A stretch of 64,000 nt of DNA from an uncultured Solirubrobacteraceae bacterium (lineage in GTDB: Bacteria > Actinomycetota > Thermoleophilia > Solirubrobacterales > Solirubrobacteraceae). The stretch is from NCBI GenBank assembly GCA_963730535.1, contig CAVSRU010000010.1:6142-70141 (forward strand), in the 5' to 3' direction. A program made the translations under genes and the position numbers. The notes beneath the pieces were generated by a model. It was not told the DNA's origin and ran no database searches. It was given only the letters and a program-made list of their open reading frames with translations. Positions within the stretch are counted from its first letter, which is position 1; each line of letters opens with the position of its first letter. This document shows, piece by piece, positions 9,997 through 19,399 of the stretch.

Positions 9997-12420
9997 ATGA
10001 CCGTCGACGAGCGCGATCTGGCCGCCCGCGTGGCGCGGCTCTCACTCGAGCAGAAGGTGCGGCTGCTGACCGGAGCCGACTTCTGGTCGCTGCACGAGGA
10101 GCCTGCGGCAGGGCTCCGTCGCCTGGTGGTCTCCGACGGGCCGGCCGGCGCCCGCGGGGAGACGTGGGACGAGCGCGACACGTCGGCGAACGTGCCGTCG
10201 CCGACCGCGCTCGCCGCGACCTGGGACGAGGCGCTGGTCGAGCGGCTGGGCGGCCTGCTGGCCTACGAGTCGCGCCGCAAGGGCGTCGATGTGCTGCTCG
10301 CCCCCACGGTGAACCTGCACCGCACGCCGTACGGCGGCCGGCACTTCGAGTGCTTCAGCGAGGACCCGCTGCTCACGGCGCGGATCGGCGTCGCCTACAC
10401 GCGCGGCGTCCAGGCCGGCGGGGTCGGCGCGACCGTCAAGCACTTCGTCGCCAACGACAGCGAGACCGACCGCTTCACGCTCGACGCCCGCGTGGACGAG
10501 CGCGCGCTGCGCGAGCTCTACCTGGCGCCCTTCGACGCGATCGTCAACGAGGGCGGCGCGTGGTCGGTGATGGCCGCCTACAACGGCGTCAACGGGCACA
10601 CGATGACCGAGAGCCCGCTGCTGCGGCAGATCCTCCACGACGAATGGGGCTACGACGGCCTCGTGATGTCGGACTGGTTCGCCACGCGATCGACCGTCGA
10701 GACCGCCCGGGCGGGGCTCGACCTCGCCATGCCCGGGCCCGAGAGCCCGTGGCGCGACGCGCTCGTGGACGCGGTGCGGGCGGGCGAGGTGGACGAGGCG
10801 GCGATCGACGACAAGGTGCTGCGGCTCCTGCGCCTCGCGGCGCGCGTGGGGGCGCTCGAGGGAACCGAGCCGGGGCCCGCCCCCGCCTACGACGACACGC
10901 AGGTGTCGGCCGAGCTGCGGCGCGTCGCCGCCGCGGGCTTCGTGCTCGCGCGCAACGAGAACGGCGCCCTGCCGCTCGACCCCGGCCAGCTCGGGCGCGT
11001 CGCCGTCATCGGCCCCAACGCCGCCACCGCCCGCACGCTCGGCGGCGGCAGCGCAACGGTCTTCCCGCCCTACACCATCTCTCCGCTCGACGGCCTGCGC
11101 GAGGCGCTCGACGTGGGCCACGTCGGGCACGAGGCGGGCGTGCGGGCGAGCACGCGCATCCCCGTCGCCGACCGGCCCGGAGTCGAGGTGCGCTTCGTGG
11201 CCGAGGACGGCTCCGTGCTCGGCACCGAGCAGCGACCGGGAGCGGCGTTCAACTGGATGGGGGGCTTCGGCCCGGACGTTCCGGACGACCGCGTCGCGCG
11301 GGTCGAGGTCCACACCACGCTGCGGGCCGACGAGGCCGGCACCTACGAGATCGGCGGCTCCGGAGTCGGCCGCCTTTCGCTCTCCCTCGACGGCGAGCCG
11401 GTCTTCGACGAGCGGCTGGGGCTGCCGTCGGGCGCCGACATCGTCGAGGGCCTCATGATCCCGCCGCAGAAGGTGCATCCGGTCGAGCTCGACGCCGGCC
11501 AGGAGGTCGACGCCGTGCTCGCCTACGAGGTCGGCTCGGCGGGGGACGAGTTCGACGTCGGCGGCGCCGTCTTCCAGCTCAACCTCCAGCCGCCGCACCC
11601 CAGCGACGACGAGGGGATCGAGCGCGCGGTCGCGCTGGCCCGCGACACCGACGCGGCGATCGTCGTCGTCGGCACCACGGAGGAGGTCGAGAGCGAGGGG
11701 TTCGACCGCACGTCGCTCGCCCTGCCCGGCCGCCAGGACGAGCTCGTGCAGCGCGTCGCGGCGGTCAACCCGCGGACGGTCGTGGTCGTCAACGCGGGAG
11801 CGCCGGTGCTGCTCCCGTGGGCCGAGGAGGTCGCCGCCGTGCTGCTCGCCTGGTTCCCCGGGCAGGAGTTCGGCCATGCGCTCGCCGACGTGCTGCTCGG
11901 CGACGCCGAGCCGGGCGGGCGGCTGCCGACCACCTGGCCGGCCTCCGAGGAGCGGCTGCCCTCCACGCAGCCGGACGACGGGGTGCTCCACTACCGCGAG
12001 GGGCTGGCCGTCGGCTACCGCGACCCCGACCGGGACGCCCGCTACCCGTTCGGTCACGGCCTCGGCTACACGACGTGGGAGTACCGCTCGATCGACGCGC
12101 CCGAGCAGGTGGCGCCCGGGGAGGACTTCGAGGTCGCCGTGACGGTCGCCAATGCCGGCGACCGCGCCGGCCGCGAGGTCGTGCAGGTCTACGCGGCGCG
12201 GCCGGACGGCGCCGTCGAACGGCCGCCGCGCTGGCTCGCCGGCTTCGCCGTCGTCGACGCCGAGCCGGGGGACGAGGTCACCGTGCGGGTGCCGATGGCA
12301 GCCCGGTCACTCGAGCACTGGGACGGTGGCTGGACCGTCGAGCCGGGGCGCTTCGAGCTGGCGGCCGGCCCGTCGTCGGCCGCTCAGCCGGTCACGACGG
12401 AGCTCGAGGTGCGCGGCTGA
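9997..12420 (+). CDS. glycoside hydrolase family 3 beta-glucosidase
   Basis: In-frame ATG at 9997 within the 1670-aa read-through ORF. GH3 motifs KHFVANDSE and the nucleophile region GLVMSDW. C-terminal FnIII-like domain. Confidence 0.9.
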   Translation: MTVDERDLAARVARLSLEQKVRLLTGADFWSLHEEPAAGLRRLVVSDGPAGARGETWDERDTSANVPSPTALAATWDEALVERLGGLLAYESRRKGVDVLLAPTVNLHRTPYGGRHFECFSEDPLLTARIGVAYTRGVQAGGVGATVKHFVANDSETDRFTLDARVDERALRELYLAPFDAIVNEGGAWSVMAAYNGVNGHTMTESPLLRQILHDEWGYDGLVMSDWFATRSTVETARAGLDLAMPGPESPWRDALVDAVRAGEVDEAAIDDKVLRLLRLAARVGALEGTEPGPAPAYDDTQVSAELRRVAAAGFVLARNENGALPLDPGQLGRVAVIGPNAATARTLGGGSATVFPPYTISPLDGLREALDVGHVGHEAGVRASTRIPVADRPGVEVRFVAEDGSVLGTEQRPGAAFNWMGGFGPDVPDDRVARVEVHTTLRADEAGTYEIGGSGVGRLSLSLDGEPVFDERLGLPSGADIVEGLMIPPQKVHPVELDAGQEVDAVLAYEVGSAGDEFDVGGAVFQLNLQPPHPSDDEGIERAVALARDTDAAIVVVGTTEEVESEGFDRTSLALPGRQDELVQRVAAVNPRTVVVVNAGAPVLLPWAEEVAAVLLAWFPGQEFGHALADVLLGDAEPGGRLPTTWPASEERLPSTQPDDGVLHYREGLAVGYRDPDRDARYPFGHGLGYTTWEYRSIDAPEQVAPGEDFEVAVTVANAGDRAGREVVQVYAARPDGAVERPPRWLAGFAVVDAEPGDEVTVRVPMAARSLEHWDGGWTVEPGRFELAAGPSSAAQPVTTELEVRG

Positions 12421-13135
12421 TCGCCCGCACGGCGCGCACCTGCCGGCGGACCGTGCGCGAGCTCGGGCGGCCGGCGTGCAGCTCGACCACGAACGCGCCG
12501 CCGCCGGGGAGCACCTTGTTCTGCCATCCGGCTGCCGTGCCGCGATAGCGGGGGAGCCGGCGCACCGGCAGCCCGGACACGCCGGCGTAGCGGTCCACGA
12601 GCCGGCGGTCGACTCCCGCCGACGGCACCGTGATCCCGTACGGCTGGTGCAGCCACACCGTCGCGTCCGGCCGGACGCGGCGGGTCAGCCGCATCGCCCA
12701 GCGTGTCTCGGGCTCCGAGCCGGCGCGCCGCCCGGGCCAGTAGCGCCCGCGGGCGCCCGGGCGCCAGCGATGCGGGAAGTTGCGGTTGAGGTCGACGCCG
12801 TGGGCGTTCGTGCGCGTCCCGCGGTTCGCGCCGTCCGGGTTGAGGTTGTGCACGATCCACCACTGGACGCCGGCGGGCGGCCGGCGGCGGACCAGGGCCC
12901 GGGTGACCCGACGCCCTCCCGGCTCGTCGCCGTGCACGGAGCCGACGATCAGCACCCGCCGCGGAGCCTGCGGATCGCCGATGCGCACGGCTGTCAGCGG
13001 CCGGCCTTCGACCGATCGGCCGGCCGGAAACGGCTCGGCTGTCGCGGCGCCGTTGCTCAGAACCACGACGAGCGAAAGGAGCTCACCGAGGAAGATCTGT
13101 CGAGTATGGCGGCGAAGCACGCTATCTTCCCGCAC
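12392..13135 (-). CDS. M14 family zinc carboxypeptidase-like protein (secreted)
   Basis: 247-aa ORF. Hydrophobic N-terminus, Zn-binding HGDE and NRNF motifs. Start codon uncertain because it lies very close to the divergent ArsR-like gene. Confidence 0.7.
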   Translation of the reverse strand: MREDSVLRRHTRQIFLGELLSLVVVLSNGAATAEPFPAGRSVEGRPLTAVRIGDPQAPRRVLIVGSVHGDEPGGRRVTRALVRRRPPAGVQWWIVHNLNPDGANRGTRTNAHGVDLNRNFPHRWRPGARGRYWPGRRAGSEPETRWAMRLTRRVRPDATVWLHQPYGITVPSAGVDRRLVDRYAGVSGLPVRRLPRYRGTAAGWQNKVLPGGGAFVVELHAGRPSSRTVRRQVRAVRAISRAPRAPS

Positions 13136-13150
13136 GTGGAGGAGTTAGAT

Positions 13151-13426
13151 ATGGATGCGAAGCGGCTCGCGGCCCTTGGGCACCCGATCCGCATCGCCAT
13201 ACTCGACGCCGCCGATGACGATTCGGTGAGCCCGAGCGACCTTGCTGTGACTCTCGGCGAGCCTCTTGGCGTCGTCGCGTACCACTTCCGCGTTCTGCAC
13301 AGCGCGGGGCTCATCGAGCTCGCCGACACGAAGCGCCGGCGCGGTTCGATCCAGAGCTTCTACCGCGTCGTGCGCCCGGGTTGGCGCGACTTCATCGGAG
13401 CTCTGCGCGAGCAGGTCGCCGACTGA
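13151..13426 (+). CDS. ArsR-type winged-helix transcriptional regulator
   Basis: GGAG 7 nt upstream of ATG 13151. ..LAALGHPIRIAILDAA..SPSDLA..LGVVAYHFRVLHSAGLIE.. is typical of ArsR/SmtB HTH. An alternative ATG at 13106 would overlap the divergent gene. Confidence 0.75.
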   Translation: MDAKRLAALGHPIRIAILDAADDDSVSPSDLAVTLGEPLGVVAYHFRVLHSAGLIELADTKRRRGSIQSFYRVVRPGWRDFIGALREQVAD

Positions 13427-14561
13427 CGTCGCTTCGCTGCCGCCCGTGGGTGAATACCCACGTGCGCAGCGCGACGTAGCGCGTGACGGTCGCCGCCAGG
13501 CCCGCCGCCACGAGGACGGCGAGCTCGACCTGCCGCGCGGGCGCGGCGTCGATGCCGTGCAGCACCAGCAGCGCGCCGTTGGTGAGCGCGAGCGTGAGGA
13601 CGAAGACGAGGGCCCCACGGACGTGGTGGCGCACGAGCCGGGAGCGACCGCGGATGCCGAACGTGAGCCACCGGTTGGCGGCCGTGTTGCCGATCGCGGT
13701 CAGCGCCAGCGCGGCCGCGTTGGCGCCCGCGGCGCCCAACGGACCGCCCATGAGCAGGAACAGCAGCGCGTAGGCGATCGTGCTGAGCACCCCGACGCCC
13801 AGGAAGCGGGCGACCGGCGTGTCCGCCATCAGGCGCGCGACGCCGCGGAGATCCTCGGCGGCGGTGCGCACGATCCTTACCCGCGAGTCCGGGTCATCCG
13901 TCCAGTCCACCGGCACCTCGTGGATCCGCAGCCCGCGGCGCTGTGCGCGCACGAGCAGCTCGGTGTCGAAGAACCAGCTCTCGTCCTTGACCTCGGCGAG
14001 CAGGCTGGGGAGGAGATCGGTGCGGACGGCCTTGAAGCCGCACTGCGCGTCGCTGAACCGCGCCCGCAGCGTCACGCGCAGGAGCCGGTTGTAGGAGCGT
14101 GAGATCAGCTCGCGCTTGGGGCCGCGCACCACGCGCGCGCTGTGCGCGAGCCGGGTACCGATCGCGACGTCGCTATGCCCGGACAGGAGCGGAGCGACGA
14201 GCGGGAGCAACGCGCGCAGGTCGGTCGAGAGGTCGACGTCCATGTAACAGACCACCCGCGCCTCGCTCCGCGTCCACGCGGCACGCAGCGCGCGCCCGCG
14301 GCCCTTGCGGTCGAGCCGCAGGGCGCTCACGCCCGGCAGCGCCGCGGCGAGCTCCCGCGCCACCGCCGGCGTCGCGTCCGTGCTCGCGTTGTCGGCGATC
14401 ACGATCCGCCACGAGAACGGGAACTCGGCGGTGAGGAAGCGGTGGAGGCGACGGACGCTGAGCGCGAGCCCCGCCTCCTCGTCGTGGACGGGCACGACGA
14501 TCTCGACCTCGGGCTGCGCGCGCTCCGTCGCGGCGGTCGGGTGAAGGGCGAGGGATGACAT
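13392..14561 (-). CDS. family 2 glycosyltransferase fused to a GtrA-like membrane domain
   Basis: Start MSSLALHP at ATG 14561. GT2 motifs IADNASTD and YMDVDLSTD. C-terminal 4-TM GtrA-like region. Confidence 0.85.
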   Translation of the reverse strand: MSSLALHPTAATERAQPEVEIVVPVHDEEAGLALSVRRLHRFLTAEFPFSWRIVIADNASTDATPAVARELAAALPGVSALRLDRKGRGRALRAAWTRSEARVVCYMDVDLSTDLRALLPLVAPLLSGHSDVAIGTRLAHSARVVRGPKRELISRSYNRLLRVTLRARFSDAQCGFKAVRTDLLPSLLAEVKDESWFFDTELLVRAQRRGLRIHEVPVDWTDDPDSRVRIVRTAAEDLRGVARLMADTPVARFLGVGVLSTIAYALLFLLMGGPLGAAGANAAALALTAIGNTAANRWLTFGIRGRSRLVRHHVRGALVFVLTLALTNGALLVLHGIDAAPARQVELAVLVAAGLAATVTRYVALRTWVFTHGRQRSDVSRRPARAELR

Positions 14562-14664
14562 GCGCTCAGCCTCGGTCCCGCGCGTCGGAGATCCGTGTGT
14601 GTCAGCTGAGAGACAACTGAGCGTTCGGCCGCAACTTCGAGCCGGACCTCCTGATGGAAGTCGT

Positions 14665-15306
14665 ATGGACAGACGAAAGAGATTCAGCGGCAAGTTCGCC
14701 AACGTCACGTCGATGCTCGCGCTGTTCGTCGCGCTCAGCGGCACGAGCTACGCGGCCTACAACAGCGTCGGCAAGGGCGACATCCGCGCCAACGCGGTGG
14801 GCAAGAGCGAGCTGCGCTCGAACGCGGTCGGTGCCTGGGAGGTGAGCACCGGCGCGATCCGCCGCAGCGAGATCGCCACCGGCGCGGTCGGCGCCTCGGA
14901 GGTCCGCGAGGGCGCGATCGACCGCACCGAGATCGCCGACGGCGGCGTCGACGCCGCCGACCTCTCCGAGGCGGCGCGCACGACGCTCACCGAGGCCAAC
15001 GCCGTCACCTACCGCACGGCCGTGACCGCCGCCGGCACGCAGGCCGCCGGCAACGCCAAGAGCGTCGCCAAGACCGCCACCGGCGTCTACACGGTCGAGC
15101 TGGCGAAGGACGTCGGAGCGTGCCAGTACTCGGCCACGCTCGCCGGCACCAAGAGCGGCACGACGATCGAGCCGGCCGAGCTCGGCCACATCACCGCCGA
15201 GCCGGCGGCCGAGGCGACGAAGGTCACGGTCAAGACCTACAACGCGCCGGGGACGACCGCTCCGGCCGCGGAGGACGCGCCGTTCCACCTGCTCGTCGCC
15301 TGCTGA
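14665..15306 (+). CDS. secreted/anchored hypothetical protein with decapeptide repeats
   Basis: ATG 14665 gives MDRRKRFSGKFANVTSMLALFVALSGTSYAA (signal/anchor). About six 10-residue repeats follow (xxxAVGxxEv), then a Thr/Ala-rich C-terminal domain. Confidence 0.7.
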   Translation: MDRRKRFSGKFANVTSMLALFVALSGTSYAAYNSVGKGDIRANAVGKSELRSNAVGAWEVSTGAIRRSEIATGAVGASEVREGAIDRTEIADGGVDAADLSEAARTTLTEANAVTYRTAVTAAGTQAAGNAKSVAKTATGVYTVELAKDVGACQYSATLAGTKSGTTIEPAELGHITAEPAAEATKVTVKTYNAPGTTAPAAEDAPFHLLVAC

Positions 15307-15361
15307 CGTGAGCGCCGACCCCCGCGCGCCTGACGGCGCGCGGGGGTTAAGCTCGGCCGCG

Positions 15362-16993
15362 ATGGCCGAGGCCCGCATCGAGCAGCTCGAGCGCGACCTG
15401 GCCGAGGCGGTCGAGCAGCAGGCGGCGGCCCGCGCGGTGCTCGAGGTCATCGGGCGCACGTCGACCGAGCTCGAGCCGGTCTTCGAGACCGTGCTGCGGG
15501 AGGCGGTCAGGCTCTGCCGCGCCGACGCGGGCCTCATCTACGTGCTCGACGAGGACCTGTACCGGCTCGCCTTCGCGATCGGCGGCTCGCAGGAGTACCG
15601 CGACTACGTGGCCGGGATCCCGCTGCGCCGCGGCGCGGGCACGCTGGTCGGCCGCGTCGGCCTCGGGCGGGAGACCGTCCAGATCCTCGACGTGCTCGCC
15701 GACCCCGACTACGAGATGCACCGCGCGCGCGAGCTGGGCGCGTTCCGCACGATGTGCGGCGTCCCGATGCTCTCCTCGGGCAAGGCCGTGGGCGTCATCG
15801 TGCTGTGGCGGGAGACCGTCGAGGCGTTCGAGGACCGCACGGTCGCGCTCGTCACGACCTTCGCCGCCCAGGGCGCGATCGCGATCGAGAACGCCCAGCT
15901 CTTCCACTCCCTCCGGCGCCGCGAGCGCGAGCTCGAGATCGCGGGCCGCCACAAGTCCGAGTTCCTGGCCAGCATGTCGCATGAGCTGCGCACGCCGCTG
16001 AACGCGGTGATCGGCTTCTCCGACGTGCTGCTCGAGCGCATGTTCGGCGACCTCACGGAGCGCCAGGAGGAGTACGTCCGCGACATCCGCGCCTCCGGGC
16101 GGCACCTGCTGGAGCTGATCAACGAGATCCTCGACCTCTCGAAGGTCGAGGCCGGCCGGATGGAGCTCGACGTCGCGCCCCTCTCGCTGCCCGACCTGCT
16201 GGCCCACGGCATGGCGATGGTGCGCGAACGGGCCGCCAACCACCGGATCGCCGTGACGCTCGACGTCGCGCCGGACGTCGGGACGATCTGGGCCGACGAG
16301 CTCAAGCTCAAGCAGGTGGTGCTCAACCTGCTGAGCAACGCGGTCAAGTTCACGCCCGACGGCGGCTCGGTCGCCGTGAAGGCGGAGATCGCTGGCGGCG
16401 AGGCCCGCGTCGAAGTGCGCGACACCGGCATCGGGATCGCGGAGGCCGACCAGGAGCGGATCTTCGAGGCGTTCCAGCGCGGCGGTCGCCAGGCGCCCGC
16501 CGAGGGCACCGGGCTCGGGCTCACCCTCTCGCGGCGGATCGCGGAGCTGCACGGCGGCCGCCTGTGGATGACGAGCCGGGAGGGCGAGGGCAGCACCTTC
16601 ACGTTCGCGGTTCCCGTGCGGCGGGTCGGCGAGGTGCCCGACCGCCGGGGCACGGTGCTCGTGATCGAGGACGACCGGCCGTCGGCCGAGCTGCTGACCG
16701 TCTACCTCGAGGGCGCCGGCTACCAGGCCGTCGTCGCCCGCGACGGCACCGCCGGGCTCGAGCTGGCACGGGAGCTGCTGCCGCGGGCCGTGATCCTCGA
16801 CATCCGGCTGCCGGACGTCGACGGCTGGGAGCTGCTCGCGCGCCTGAAGGGCGAGCCGGAGACGGCGGCGCTGCCGGTGGTCGTCGTGTCGATGCTCGAC
16901 GAGCGGTCACACGGGCTCGCGCTCGGCGCCGCGGGATACCTCGTCAAGCCGGTCGCGCGCGAGCAGATCCTCGACGCCCTGGAGCTGGCGTGA
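15362..16993 (+). CDS. hybrid sensor histidine kinase (coiled coil-GAF-HisKA-HATPase-REC)
   Basis: H-box SHELRTPLN, N box LLSNAVKFT, G box DTGIGI. C-terminal receiver with DIRLPDVDG. ATG 15362; alternative GTG at 15308. Confidence 0.9.
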   Translation: MAEARIEQLERDLAEAVEQQAAARAVLEVIGRTSTELEPVFETVLREAVRLCRADAGLIYVLDEDLYRLAFAIGGSQEYRDYVAGIPLRRGAGTLVGRVGLGRETVQILDVLADPDYEMHRARELGAFRTMCGVPMLSSGKAVGVIVLWRETVEAFEDRTVALVTTFAAQGAIAIENAQLFHSLRRRERELEIAGRHKSEFLASMSHELRTPLNAVIGFSDVLLERMFGDLTERQEEYVRDIRASGRHLLELINEILDLSKVEAGRMELDVAPLSLPDLLAHGMAMVRERAANHRIAVTLDVAPDVGTIWADELKLKQVVLNLLSNAVKFTPDGGSVAVKAEIAGGEARVEVRDTGIGIAEADQERIFEAFQRGGRQAPAEGTGLGLTLSRRIAELHGGRLWMTSREGEGSTFTFAVPVRRVGEVPDRRGTVLVIEDDRPSAELLTVYLEGAGYQAVVARDGTAGLELARELLPRAVILDIRLPDVDGWELLARLKGEPETAALPVVVVSMLDERSHGLALGAAGYLVKPVAREQILDALELA

Positions 16994-18093
16994 ACCGGGT
17001 GCTCGTCGTCGACGACGTGCCGGAGAACCGCCGGCTGCTCGAGGCCGTCCTGGCGCCGCGCGGCTACGACGTCGCGACGGCGAGCGGCGGCCATGAGGCG
17101 CTGGAGCTCGTCGCCGGCGGCGGCGTCGACCTCGTGCTGCTCGACATCGTGATGCCGGACCTCGACGGCTACGAGGTCTGCCGCCGGCTGCGCGCCGACG
17201 CGTCGACGCGCTTCCTGCCGGTGGTGACGATCACCGCCAGCGGCGACCAGGAGAAGCGGCGCGCGCTCGAGGCCGGCGCCGACGACTTCGTGACGAAGCC
17301 GTTCGACCAGGCCGAGCTGCTCGCCCGCGTGCGCTCGCTGCTCCGGCTCAAGCGCTACCACGACACGATCGAGGCCCAGACGGCGGAGCTCGAGGCGTTC
17401 AACCGCCAGCTCGAGCAGCGCGTGCAGGAGCAGGTCCAGGAGCTCGAGCGCGTCGGACGCCTGCGGCGCTTCCTGGCGCCGCAGGTCGCGGACCTCGTCG
17501 TCTCCTCGGGCGACGAGTCGTTCCTCGAGAGCCACCGCAGCGAGATCACGACGCTCGTGTGCGACCTGCGCGGGTTCAGCGCGTTCGCCGAGGCCGTCGA
17601 GCCGGAAGAGGTCATGGCCGTGCTGCGCGAGTACCACGCCGGGGTGGGGGAGGAGCTGCATCGCTACGAGGCCACGCTCGACCGCTTCAGCGGCGGGCGC
17701 GTGATGGCCTACCTCAACGACCCGCTGCCGTGCGCGGACGCCCCCGAGCGGGCGGTGCGCATGGCCGTGGCGGTGCGCGACCGCGTGTGGGAGCTGGCCG
17801 AGGGCTGGAGCCGCTCCGGCTACGACCTGCACCTCGCGATCGGGATCGCCCACGGCCACGCCACGCTCGGGCGCATCGGGTTCGAGGGCCGCTGGGAGTA
17901 CGGCGCCATCGGGAGCGTCACGCTGCTCGCCGAGCGGCTGTCCGAGGCGGCCGAGCCCGGCCAGATCGTCGTCAGCCGCCGGGTCCACTCCGCCACGGAG
18001 GCGATCGTCGTCGCCCAGCCGCTCGGCGAGCTCGCGCTGCCCGGCTTCGCCCGTCCGACCGACGCCTACGACGTCGTCGGCCTCGAGCCCTAG
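16990..18093 (+). CDS. response-regulator receiver fused to a class III adenylate/guanylate cyclase domain
   Basis: GTG 16990 overlaps the kinase stop codon (GTGA). REC motif LLDIVMPDLDG, a coiled-coil linker, then a cyclase homology domain (..TLVCDLRGFSAF..IGIAHG..). Confidence 0.85.
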   Translation: MNRVLVVDDVPENRRLLEAVLAPRGYDVATASGGHEALELVAGGGVDLVLLDIVMPDLDGYEVCRRLRADASTRFLPVVTITASGDQEKRRALEAGADDFVTKPFDQAELLARVRSLLRLKRYHDTIEAQTAELEAFNRQLEQRVQEQVQELERVGRLRRFLAPQVADLVVSSGDESFLESHRSEITTLVCDLRGFSAFAEAVEPEEVMAVLREYHAGVGEELHRYEATLDRFSGGRVMAYLNDPLPCADAPERAVRMAVAVRDRVWELAEGWSRSGYDLHLAIGIAHGHATLGRIGFEGRWEYGAIGSVTLLAERLSEAAEPGQIVVSRRVHSATEAIVVAQPLGELALPGFARPTDAYDVVGLEP

Positions 18094-18674
18094 CCGCCGC
18101 CGCCACAGCCACCGCCGCCGCAGCCGCCACCGCCGCCGCCGCAGCCGCCCCCGACGTGTGCGGTCGAGGCGGCGGAGCCGCCGCCGTACAGGGTCTGGAC
18201 CGAGTCCTGGCTCGCTCGGATGCGCTCGATGTCGTGCGCCTGCCAGAAGAAGCCGCCCTCGATGTCCAGCTGCTGGTCGACGGCGAACAGCAGCGGGACG
18301 CCGGCCACGGTCAGCCCCTGGCTCTCGACGAGGGTGAGCGTGGCCGCGAGGCTCGAGCGCATCGGCACGTCCATCGCCGACTCCGGCGTGTGGTGCAGGT
18401 AGCCGCCGAACGCGTACCGGCAGAAGTGGTGGTACTCGCGCGTCATGAGGATCATCTCGTGCCACGCGACGTCGACCGCCTTGGAGGGCATGCCGAGCAT
18501 CCGGCCGCGGGCGGCCAGGCACACCAGGTACCACTCGCGCAGCCCTTCGAGGGCGATCGCGACCTGGCGGTCGTCGGTGAACGTCTCGCGCAGCTTGGCG
18601 CGCAGTGCGCCCGGGAACTCGTAGCTCTCGATGTATGCCCGGCGCCGTCTGGAGTGGAAGGGGAGGGTGAGCAT
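18090..18674 (-). CDS. hypothetical protein (glycine-rich-domain-protein-like fold) with a C-terminal Gly/Cys tail
   Basis: 194-aa ORF with good third-position GC. Ends ..STAHVGGGCGGGGGGCGGGGCGGGG. Its stop shares the palindrome CTAG with the convergent cyclase gene's stop. Confidence 0.7.
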   Translation of the reverse strand: MLTLPFHSRRRRAYIESYEFPGALRAKLRETFTDDRQVAIALEGLREWYLVCLAARGRMLGMPSKAVDVAWHEMILMTREYHHFCRYAFGGYLHHTPESAMDVPMRSSLAATLTLVESQGLTVAGVPLLFAVDQQLDIEGGFFWQAHDIERIRASQDSVQTLYGGGSAASTAHVGGGCGGGGGGCGGGGCGGGG

Positions 18675-18739
18675 GGGCCAATCCTGCGGCCGGCCGGGCG
18701 CCCGCGGAAGCCACCCTGGGTGGCGCGGTCCGCACCCGC

Positions 18740-19399
18740 TCAGTCGCGGGCGGTCACGATGCCCTGGAGCAGCGCGACGGCGGCGAGGCGCGCGCGCTTC
18801 TGGTTCTGCGGGAGGTCCTCGAGGCCGAAGCGCTCGAACAGCGAGCGCAAGTGGGCCTTTACCGCGTCGACGCTGAGGAAGACCTCCTCGGCGATCTCGC
18901 GGTTGGTGGACGGGGTCGCGAACGCCGAGTCGCGGACCGGCCGGCAGAGCGCGACGAGGATCCGGCGCTGGGTCGGCGTGAGGAGCACCGCCGCCGGGCT
19001 GTCCGGCACCACGACCGTCGAGCTGTCGCCCTGGCTCGGCGCGCCGCGGTAGATCACGGGCGTGTCGCCGAACACCAGCCGGTCACCGTCGCGCAGGACG
19101 CGGCGGCCCACGACCCGCTCGCCGTTGACGAACGACCCGTTGCGCGAGAGCCCGTCGTCGGCCAGCACCCACTGCCCGCCGGTCGCCTCGAGCTGGGCGT
19201 GGAGGCGCGAGACCTCGCGGTCCCAGGCAAGCGCGACGTCGCAGCCGGCGCCGCGGCCAACCGTCAGCGTCCCCGGCGCGAGCTCGTGGATCACCTGGCG
19301 CCCCGCGCCGTCGTGGAAGACGAGGAACGGCGCGCCACGGCGCTCCGCTTCGATGCGCGCCTGGAGCTCGGCGGGGGTGGAGCGGTGGGGGGCGGTCAT
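18740..19399 (-). CDS. FHA domain protein with C-terminal LuxR-like HTH
   Basis: Start MTAPHRS at ATG 19399, which forms an ATGA overlap with the kinase gene. FHA signature GR..CDVAL..VSRLHA..DDGLSRNGSFVNG. C-terminal ..TNREIAEEVFLSVDAVKAHLRSLF.. Confidence 0.85.
   Translation of the reverse strand: MTAPHRSTPAELQARIEAERRGAPFLVFHDGAGRQVIHELAPGTLTVGRGAGCDVALAWDREVSRLHAQLEATGGQWVLADDGLSRNGSFVNGERVVGRRVLRDGDRLVFGDTPVIYRGAPSQGDSSTVVVPDSPAAVLLTPTQRRILVALCRPVRDSAFATPSTNREIAEEVFLSVDAVKAHLRSLFERFGLEDLPQNQKRARLAAVALLQGIVTARD

Noticed and set aside
7408-12420. 1670-aa ORF, the longest in the track
   Set aside because: Only the last 807 codons (from ATG 9997) have GH3 motifs. The upstream 860 codons are Arg/Ala/Gly-rich and lie antisense to three well-supported minus-strand genes (M48 peptidase, ParB-like, AraC). 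This is a stop-codon-poor read-through typical of very GC-rich DNA.
18093-18155. GCC/GCA-type simple-sequence repeat at the cyclase/hypothetical gene junction
   Set aside because: It is not an intergenic microsatellite. Read on the minus strand, it is the in-frame Gly/Cys tail of CDS 18090..18674.
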